Below, one piece after another: positions 57,145 to 64,000 of a stretch of DNA of 64,000 bases (positions within the stretch are counted from its first letter, which is position 1; each line of letters opens with the position of its first letter). A program made the position numbers and the translations under genes. The notes below the pieces were generated by a model. That model was not told the DNA's origin. It saw only the letters and a program-made list of their open reading frames with translations, and did no database searches. This stretch comes from an uncultured delta proteobacterium (lineage in GTDB: Bacteria; Desulfobacterota; Desulfobacteria; Desulfobacterales; Desulfosalsimonadaceae), in assembly GCA_963826785.1 (NCBI GenBank), contig CAWGYD010000005.1, forward strand, positions 160,001 through 224,000. Direction: 5' to 3'.

Positions 57145-58443
57145 TCATCTCTCCGGTGCGGCCAGGGTAAACAGCATCCCTGCCGCGGCCAGGTCCAGGA
57201 AGATAAACACCATATACGCCATGTCGTAATTTCCCAGGCGGTCATAGCTGGTTCCGGCAATGATGTATCCCGCCATCTGGAGCACCAGGAATAAGGAAGA
57301 AAGACGAAACACGGCCGGAAACCCGTGCCGGCCGAACAAAGAGGCCACCATGACCGGGTAGACCGCCATGATGCCGCCCATGGCAAATCCGTAGACGAAA
57401 ATAAATGCCGACAGTGCCGCCATGGAGTTTTTGATCAGCACCAGTGAGAGGCCCAGCGCATTGGCAAACGCCATGATCGTGACCACACGCCGGGGATCAA
57501 ACCGGTCGCAGAGCAGCCCCCATGTGAACTTGCCGGCCGTCCCGATCAGCGCCGTCAAAGCCATCAGACCCATGGCGGACATATGCGAAAACCCCATATC
57601 GGAAAACCGGGGTTTGAGCTGGGACATCACCCCCACCGTACCGATCATGAGCATGCCGAAAGATAAGCCGAGTTTCCAGAATGCGCCGGACCGGACCAGG
57701 CTTGCTACCCGCCATTGGGAGCTATACGCTTTTGTCCCGGCAGGACTTGGCGGCAGGGCGGTTTTCGGCGGGATGAACAGAGGAGACGCATCGAAATCCC
57801 CGTCAGGCGCAAGCCCCATCTCCTCGGGCCAGTTCCGGATGACCATCCAGGCCAGCGGCCCGACACACATGATCAAAAACCCCAGGCAGAGTGCGGTCCG
57901 GTTCAAGCCGTACGAAAGGATCATGGCCATGGCGGCCATGGGGAGGATGGCCCCTGAAAAGGAAATGCCGGCCGTGGCGAGCCCCAGGGCCGTGCCCCGT
58001 TTGCGGATAAACCAGTTGTTCACCGCCGTACTGGCCACGATCCCGCCATAGGCGCCGTTTCCCATGTACATCAGGGCATAGCAGGCGTAAAACTGCCAGA
58101 GGTGCTCCACCCGCACCATCAGCATGAACCCGATGCCGCTGGCAAAAGAACCGGCGAGCATCAGGACCCTCACCCCGGTTTTCATCAGCAGGGTGCCGTA
58201 GAAGAACTGGCAGATGAAACTAAACAGTGTGCCGATGACCAGGGCCAGGTTCAGGTCGGTGCGGGACCATCCCCGCAGGCTGCAGATCGGCTCCAGCAGG
58301 GCGTTAAACGCATAGAACCCGGTACCGCCGGCCATGAAATAGGCAAAAAAGGCCACCCCCACGATCTTCCACCCGTAAAAAAATGCGGGCCGCGTAGGCG
58401 GTTGTCCAAAAAGCCCGGCCTTTTGCGGATCGGGGTTATTCAT
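57145..58443 (-). CDS. MFS transporter (MCT/OFA-like)
   Basis: FYGW, about 12 TM segments, WFIRKRGTALG, GLLCDRF. Confidence 0.9.
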   Translation of the reverse strand: MNNPDPQKAGLFGQPPTRPAFFYGWKIVGVAFFAYFMAGGTGFYAFNALLEPICSLRGWSRTDLNLALVIGTLFSFICQFFYGTLLMKTGVRVLMLAGSFASGIGFMLMVRVEHLWQFYACYALMYMGNGAYGGIVASTAVNNWFIRKRGTALGLATAGISFSGAILPMAAMAMILSYGLNRTALCLGFLIMCVGPLAWMVIRNWPEEMGLAPDGDFDASPLFIPPKTALPPSPAGTKAYSSQWRVASLVRSGAFWKLGLSFGMLMIGTVGVMSQLKPRFSDMGFSHMSAMGLMALTALIGTAGKFTWGLLCDRFDPRRVVTIMAFANALGLSLVLIKNSMAALSAFIFVYGFAMGGIMAVYPVMVASLFGRHGFPAVFRLSSLFLVLQMAGYIIAGTSYDRLGNYDMAYMVFIFLDLAAAGMLFTLAAPER

Positions 58444-58592
58444 GATCAAGGCCGGCGCTGCAGATTTCGGATGCAGCCCCGCCACAGGCAGAATTTATCC
58501 TTGATCGGTTAATTTTCATGTCCCCTCCCGGCAAAGTCCGCGCATCATTGATTGAATAGGCCCATTTATATCCTTGGCGGCAAATCCCATCA

Positions 58593-58657
58593 ATCCTTTT
58601 TTCTTCGGATCCTTTTTCTTCGGATCTTTTTTTCTTCGGATCTTTCGATTCGGATTT
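58593..58657. repeat. About 15-bp tandem repeat x4
   Basis: ATC(C/T)TTTTT(T)CTTCGG units in intergenic DNA. Confidence 0.8.
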
Positions 58658-58721
58658 CATACCTGTTGAACGGCAGCACTGATCTTGTTATGCTCCTTAA
58701 AACCATTTTAAAAGGAATAAG

Positions 58722-59120
58722 ATGAATATGAGAAAGCTGGCCGTCTTTTTTTCCGCAGGCGCTCTGGGCGGGCTGATCAACAGCCTGATGGTGTGGGGAT
58801 TCGGCATTGAGAAGATCACCCGGCATTTCGGCGTGATGATCGCGCCGCACCTGAGTCCGGCATGGCTGTACCCGCGAATCGTCTGGGGCGGCATCTGGGG
58901 TTTTGTGTTTATCCTTCCGTTTTATGCATCCAAACCGTTTCGGAAAGGATTGATCCTCAGCCTGTTTCCCACCCTGGTGCAGCTGCTGGTGGTTTTTCCC
59001 TTCCAGGCGCACAAGGGATACCTGGGCCTCGAACTGGGGATGCTCACCCCGGTGTTTGTTCTCCTGTTCAACGCCGCCTGGGGGATTACGGCGGCCTTTG
59101 TGATCCGGTATGCCCGGTAA
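58722..59120 (+). CDS. Small 4-TM membrane protein
   Basis: Hydrophobic throughout; WLYPRIVWGGIWG; overlaps the next gene. Confidence 0.78.
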   Translation: MNMRKLAVFFSAGALGGLINSLMVWGFGIEKITRHFGVMIAPHLSPAWLYPRIVWGGIWGFVFILPFYASKPFRKGLILSLFPTLVQLLVVFPFQAHKGYLGLELGMLTPVFVLLFNAAWGITAAFVIRYAR

Positions 59121-60693
59121 ATGCCGGATTGCGGAAATCAACGCCGCCGTGGTGGTACCGCCGGTCTTTGATTTTTACGCCACCCGGCACCGGTTTTCCG
59201 CACTGGGCGCCCACATTGTCGGTAAAATCCTTAAGGAAAACGGCTGCACAACAACGCTGTTCAATTTCCCCGCATCGGTCCGCAAGGGGGCGGGTGCGCC
59301 CCTTCCCCCTGAATTTGCGTATCTAAAACCCTTTCTCGTCAAAAACGAAACCGGGAAGCTCTCGTTTTTCACCCGGTATCAGCGATTCGGCCCGGGCATA
59401 GAGGAATGCGCCCGGCAGGTGCTGGCCATTACGCCGAACCTGGTTCTGATCTCCTGCTTTGCGTTTGCCTATGCCGGCGCCGCGCTGGAACTGGCGGCAG
59501 CCCTGCGCAGGGCAGCGCCTGATCTTGCCATTGCCGTGGGGGGCGCCGGGGTAAGCTGTCATCCGCAGTATTTCATCCGCAGGGATTGTATTGATTTTGC
59601 CTTCACGGGGGAGGCCGAGGTGTCCCTTCCCGCATTTATCTTCGCCCTACGGAAAGGAGAGGGCGAGTTTTTGGAGGTGCCCAACCTTTTTTATAAGAAA
59701 GACGGCCGCGTCTTATCGCCGGATTCAATCCGCCGCACGGCCCCCGAAGAAGTGGACTGGGTGGTCCGGAAAACAGGGGAAACCCGGGAGACCATCCATC
59801 TCACCACCGCGCTGAGCCGCGGGTGCATCAAGAAATGCCGCTTCTGTTCCAATTTTTTGAGCCAGGGCCGAACCTTCCGCAAGGTTCCCTTAAACAGGAT
59901 CAGAAGCGTGATGGAGGATCTCACCGCAACATATCCCCCATCCGGCAAAAAGCTCTGCATCAATTTCGAAGATGACAATCTGCTGCTCGATCCCGATTAT
60001 TTCTTTTCGGTCATGGAGGCCATAAAAACTCGGTTTCCCCAAGCGGTCTTTTGTGCGGAAAATGGAATCGATCATACCTTTTTGACAGAAAAACGGCTGC
60101 AACGGCTGATGGACATGGGCTTTGCCCAGTTCAACCTCTCCATCGCCTCCGCCCGGCCGGATATCTTGAAAGACGAGGCCCGCCCCATCCGCCCGAAGAT
60201 TTATGAAGCCGCCGTGCAGGCCATCCATTTACGGCATATCCCCTGCATCACCTACTTCATCTGCGGGTTTGCCAAAGATACGCCCGAAACCATCGTCTCT
60301 GCCATATCCCGCCTGGCCGGCCTGCCTACCCTGCTGGGGATTTCCCTGTTCTACCCGGTCCCCGGTCTGCCGGATTATGAAGACATGTCGGTGTTCGATT
60401 CGGTTTTGCCGCAGATGTGCGCGGGGTCGGCGGCGTTTCCCTGGAACCGGTCGCTGACCACCGGCCAGCTGATCACGGCCTTTCGGCTCACCCGCCTGGT
60501 CAACCTGCTCAAATCGAAAACCCCTTCCGAAACCGATCGCGCCCTTCTCCGGAAAATCCGATCCACCCGCAGGCTCTACACCCTGGTAAGGGAAAATAAG
60601 GTCGAATCCATCATCCCCGTGCCGGCAGCCGACGAACAGATGGTGTCCATGTTTTTTGACAGGGTGGATCTCGATGCCGTGGCCCCCTTGTGA
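59110..60693 (+). CDS. B12-binding-domain radical SAM protein
   Basis: IAVGGAG..GEAE domain; SRGCIKKCRFC (CxxxCxxC); FEDDN. Confidence 0.88.
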   Translation: MPGKCRIAEINAAVVVPPVFDFYATRHRFSALGAHIVGKILKENGCTTTLFNFPASVRKGAGAPLPPEFAYLKPFLVKNETGKLSFFTRYQRFGPGIEECARQVLAITPNLVLISCFAFAYAGAALELAAALRRAAPDLAIAVGGAGVSCHPQYFIRRDCIDFAFTGEAEVSLPAFIFALRKGEGEFLEVPNLFYKKDGRVLSPDSIRRTAPEEVDWVVRKTGETRETIHLTTALSRGCIKKCRFCSNFLSQGRTFRKVPLNRIRSVMEDLTATYPPSGKKLCINFEDDNLLLDPDYFFSVMEAIKTRFPQAVFCAENGIDHTFLTEKRLQRLMDMGFAQFNLSIASARPDILKDEARPIRPKIYEAAVQAIHLRHIPCITYFICGFAKDTPETIVSAISRLAGLPTLLGISLFYPVPGLPDYEDMSVFDSVLPQMCAGSAAFPWNRSLTTGQLITAFRLTRLVNLLKSKTPSETDRALLRKIRSTRRLYTLVRENKVESIIPVPAADEQMVSMFFDRVDLDAVAPL

Positions 60694-62058
60694 TCACACC
60701 AGCTTTGGAAGCATCATGGTGGCGAAACTCAGCATGAGCAGAAATCCGCACATATCCGTGATCGTGGTCAGGATGGGCCCGGATGCCAGCGCCGGATCCG
60801 ATTTCATCCACTTTAACAAAAGGGGCACGCATCCCCCGATGGATACCGCCACCACCGTGTTGATGGCCATGGCACCGGCCACCACCATGCCCAGGTAAAT
60901 GTTGCCTTTCCATAAATAGGCGCCCATCCCCAGCAGCAGCCCCAGGACAATGCCGTTGATCACGCCCACCGATATTTCCTTGAACCAGACCCGAAAGACT
61001 TCATACGGCTTGATGAACCCCAGGCTCAGTTCCCGGATGGAAACCGCCACCGCCTGGTTGCCGGAGCATCCGCTCATGTCCGATATAATGGGCAGAAACA
61101 CGGCCAGGGCGATCACAGCGGACAAAGTCTCCTGGTAGGCGGCAATCACGCTGGCCGCAATCATGTTTAAAACGATGTTGATGCTCAGCCAGGACAGCCT
61201 CCTGGAAGAACGCCGCCAGACCGGCATGGAGCGAAGCTCTTCACCGCCGACGATACCCTGGGATTTGAGGTAATGGCTGTCGGACCTGTCGATCAGCGCG
61301 TCATCCACATCCTCCCTGCGCACGACGCCGATGAGGTGGCCATTCCCATCCGTAACGGGAACGCCCATGAGCTCGTGTTCGTCAAAAAAGAGCCCCAGTT
61401 CCGTCAGCGGGGTATCATCTTGGATAAAGAGGGGATCGCGAATCATGATATCCCCGATTCTTCGCTTGTACGGGGACAGAAGCAGGTCCCGCAGCCGCAG
61501 CACGCCGGTAAGGACCTTCTCCTCGGTGACAATGTACGTATACTGAACGTTATAATCCGAGTAGACTTCCGCATGCTCCCGAAAGTCCCGAATCACGTCA
61601 TCCACAAAAGACTTCTCATACACGCAGAGGAATTCGGTGATCATCAGCCCGCCGGCCACACCGGGGGGATACCCCGCCAGCAGCCGCGCATCCGCGGATG
61701 CCGAGGGCTCCATTTCCCCCAGTATGGCTTCAGCCTCCTCGTCATCGAGTTTGGCAATCAGGTCCGCCCGGTCGTTGCTCTGCATCTGATTAAGCACCTG
61801 GGCCGCATCCGATGCCGGAACCTGCCTGAGCAGGTCCAGGGCCATTGCCTCGGGTATTTGCTCCATCAGTTCGGCGGCATCTTTCTCATCCAGAATCCGG
61901 ATAAACGCCTTTTGATCTTCAACCGATAACCGCGACAGGGCGCGTGCGATTTCACCCGGCGGCAGTTCATCCAGACAGTTCGTCAGTTCCGCAACATCGC
62001 CGCGTTCAAGAAGATCCTCGAGCTGTTCCCAAGGCCGGGTTTCCATTTCTTCAGGCAT
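60694..62058 (-). CDS. mgtE: Magnesium transporter MgtE
   Basis: N-domain, CBS pair, RLSWL, GCSGNQ, DPALASGPILTTITD. Confidence 0.95.
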   Translation of the reverse strand: MPEEMETRPWEQLEDLLERGDVAELTNCLDELPPGEIARALSRLSVEDQKAFIRILDEKDAAELMEQIPEAMALDLLRQVPASDAAQVLNQMQSNDRADLIAKLDDEEAEAILGEMEPSASADARLLAGYPPGVAGGLMITEFLCVYEKSFVDDVIRDFREHAEVYSDYNVQYTYIVTEEKVLTGVLRLRDLLLSPYKRRIGDIMIRDPLFIQDDTPLTELGLFFDEHELMGVPVTDGNGHLIGVVRREDVDDALIDRSDSHYLKSQGIVGGEELRSMPVWRRSSRRLSWLSINIVLNMIAASVIAAYQETLSAVIALAVFLPIISDMSGCSGNQAVAVSIRELSLGFIKPYEVFRVWFKEISVGVINGIVLGLLLGMGAYLWKGNIYLGMVVAGAMAINTVVAVSIGGCVPLLLKWMKSDPALASGPILTTITDMCGFLLMLSFATMMLPKLV

Positions 62059-62365
62059 GTAATATTCCTCTGCGTTAAGCGCGGAGCGCTGTTTTTAATC
62101 GCGTCCGGCAGGTATGAACCGAATTACATAAGCATAATCATAATCCATTTCTCCACATATGACATTCTCCCCTGTTTTCTTCGGGGTTCAATATATTCCA
62201 ACATTTTCCTCCTGTTTTCAACTGGGTGCAGCTGTTTACAACAATACCTTCGTGATTATTTTTGAGGGTGCCGGTTGGCCGGGTAAATTTTAGCAATGGG
62301 AAACCGACAGGGGATCAAAGGGCCGAGATGGTGGCTGTTCAGCATTCAGGAGCCGGGAGAAAGAG

Positions 62366-63034
62366 ATGGATGAAAAAAATAGCGGCAGGTCGGTGCCCAC
62401 GCGGGGTCGAACACTGGATCATGCCGCTTCCGTTTATGATTATTTGGAACCCATATTGATGCTGGGAAAAGAGGGCCGGTATGATCAGCAGATTATTTCG
62501 CTCCTCGACATCCAGCCCGGGCATCGGGTTTTGGACCTGGGGTGCGGCACCGGGGTTTTGACCCGGGCCATCGGAGATCGGCTGGATGACCAAAAGGGCG
62601 GGATTGCCGTAGGGATCGATGCGGCGGCGAAAATGATCGATGTCGCCCGCAAAAAACGGGGGACCGATACCTGCCGGTTCGAAGTGGCGGCAGCCGAACA
62701 GCTGCCGTTTGAAGACGCATCGTTTGATGCCGTCGTTTCCAGCCTCTTTTTCCACCACGTTCCCATCGATCTGAAGGAAAAAAGCCTCCGGGAAGCCGCG
62801 CGCGTGCTCAGGCCGGGCGGAATCCTGGTGATTGCGGATATGCACAGGCCCTCAACGCCCTTTGGCTTCCTGGTTTCCCATGCGTCCCGCTGGCTGCTGA
62901 TGCAGCCCCAGATCGGTGAAAACACCCGGGGCGTTCTTCCCGGCCTGATCGAAAGTGCCGGATTTCATCTTCCCCGCCTGATTGAAACCTACTTCGGTTA
63001 TATCGCCGTATTTTACAGCCGCAAGTCGAATTAA
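62366..63034 (+). CDS. Class I SAM-dependent methyltransferase (UbiE-like)
   Basis: VLDLGCGTG, LPFEDASFD, RVLRPGG. Confidence 0.9.
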   Translation: MDEKNSGRSVPTRGRTLDHAASVYDYLEPILMLGKEGRYDQQIISLLDIQPGHRVLDLGCGTGVLTRAIGDRLDDQKGGIAVGIDAAAKMIDVARKKRGTDTCRFEVAAAEQLPFEDASFDAVVSSLFFHHVPIDLKEKSLREAARVLRPGGILVIADMHRPSTPFGFLVSHASRWLLMQPQIGENTRGVLPGLIESAGFHLPRLIETYFGYIAVFYSRKSN

Positions 63035-63054
63035 ATCCACAAGCTGGTTTACAA

Positions 63055-64000
63055 ATGGAATTTTTTGAAGAAATCGTTAGTTTTAAGAAACAGGCAAGCC
63101 CGTGGGGAAAAAGCGATGCGCTGATCCTGCTGGAGGATGAACTCCACGAGGCCCTTGAACTGTACTGGAAGACCGCAGGCCGCATCCTGGAAGGGAGCGG
63201 CACCCGGCTTTATGATGCACCGGAAGGATATTATGCGTTTTCAAGCAACTTCTTTTCCGCACTTTTCCTCTATTCCTATCACAGGGCCGGGATCGACCGG
63301 GGGCGCCGCGTGCTCTATGCCGCACTCAACCAGTGTATCCGGGGAATGGTCACCGGTGCCGACAATATCCTGGATGACGAATACAAGAAGACCCTGGAAA
63401 CCGATCTGCCGGAAGAGGGGACCCGGTTTCGATCGGTGCTCGACATCATGGTTTCAGATCGCGTCCTTTTCGATCTCCTGTCGCATGCCATGCCCGGCGA
63501 GGTAAAGAAGATTCTCGGCGCCAGCGCCGTCTCCCTGCGCGCCCTGGTCCGCAGCGGTGCCCAGGAAGCCGGGGAGGAGACCGGGGTCGGTGACATCCTT
63601 TCGCCGGATGAAATCATCCGTACCGTGCATCATTTCAAGACCGGGCTGCTGTTCCAGTCCCCCTGGGCGATTCCGAATTTTATGGAAAACCGGCTGGCCG
63701 CATCCGCTTCCGACATGTCGCGTGCGCTTTATGATGTGGGGCTCGGATGCCAGATCATGGATGACATGGTCGATCTTTCGGCCGACCTCCGGGACCGCCG
63801 CCATAACTATGTCGTCTCGCTTATCTGCCATGGTTTCGGGGATGCTGCGTGCAGGCGGATGGATGCGTTCACTGCCGCCGGCATCGATTTTCAAAGCGAA
63901 GATCTCCTGTCGGAGTTTCCAGGCGCCCGGGCCGTTGCCGAGACCAAAATTCGGGAGTACCTGGAGCGGGGGTTCGGCCTGCTGTTTGAGCCCCGCCACC
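63055..64000 (+). CDS. Class I isoprenoid synthase-fold protein, 3'-truncated by the window edge (missing from the ORF track)
   Basis: Open frame MEFFEEIV.. to the window end; Asp-rich motifs DNILDDE and QIMDDMVDLSAD, plus FKTG. Confidence 0.75.
   Translation, partial: MEFFEEIVSFKKQASPWGKSDALILLEDELHEALELYWKTAGRILEGSGTRLYDAPEGYYAFSSNFFSALFLYSYHRAGIDRGRRVLYAALNQCIRGMVTGADNILDDEYKKTLETDLPEEGTRFRSVLDIMVSDRVLFDLLSHAMPGEVKKILGASAVSLRALVRSGAQEAGEETGVGDILSPDEIIRTVHHFKTGLLFQSPWAIPNFMENRLAASASDMSRALYDVGLGCQIMDDMVDLSADLRDRRHNYVVSLICHGFGDAACRRMDAFTAAGIDFQSEDLLSEFPGARAVAETKIREYLERGFGLLFEPRH

Noticed and set aside
62059..62365. M-box riboswitch upstream of mgtE
   Set aside because: No recognisable conserved structure or terminator by eye; an Infernal scan would be needed

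Overview
Bacterial chromosomal window, mostly high-GC housekeeping, signalling and metabolic genes. Gene content suggests an anaerobic Desulfobacterota-like organism (inference). The main accessory feature is a ~9 kb integron (29.2-38.2 kb) with an inverted layout: intI is co-oriented with the cassettes and lies upstream of attI. It holds six cassettes read from attC sites: a MORN/YwqK-like secreted protein, a 3.1 kb Type IIG restriction-modification gene, a 110-aa unknown, a RelE/HTH toxin-antitoxin pair, a membrane protein, and DUF1330. An ISNCY-like element splits attC5. Other highlights are a molybdopterin-oxidoreductase/cysteine-desulfurase fusion next to egtD (metallopterin-dependent anaerobic ergothioneine synthesis), an unannotated Phe/Trp-rich leader peptide attenuator upstream of a DAHP synthase-prephenate dehydratase fusion, and a candidate sigma54-dependent ~150-nt sRNA with C-rich anti-SD loops behind a GAF-type enhancer-binding protein. 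The window also has an FGGY kinase plus S1P-lyase-like pair, an ARA1-like GT-Nudix fusion coupled to an orphan CbbQ/NorQ-VWA pair, a 132-bp MITE with 6-bp target duplications, and a methyltransferase plus class I isoprenoid-synthase-like gene at the right edge. Several frameshifts, concentrated in intI, the RM gene and the IS, may be sequencing errors. All family calls come from motif recognition by eye; no database search was run.
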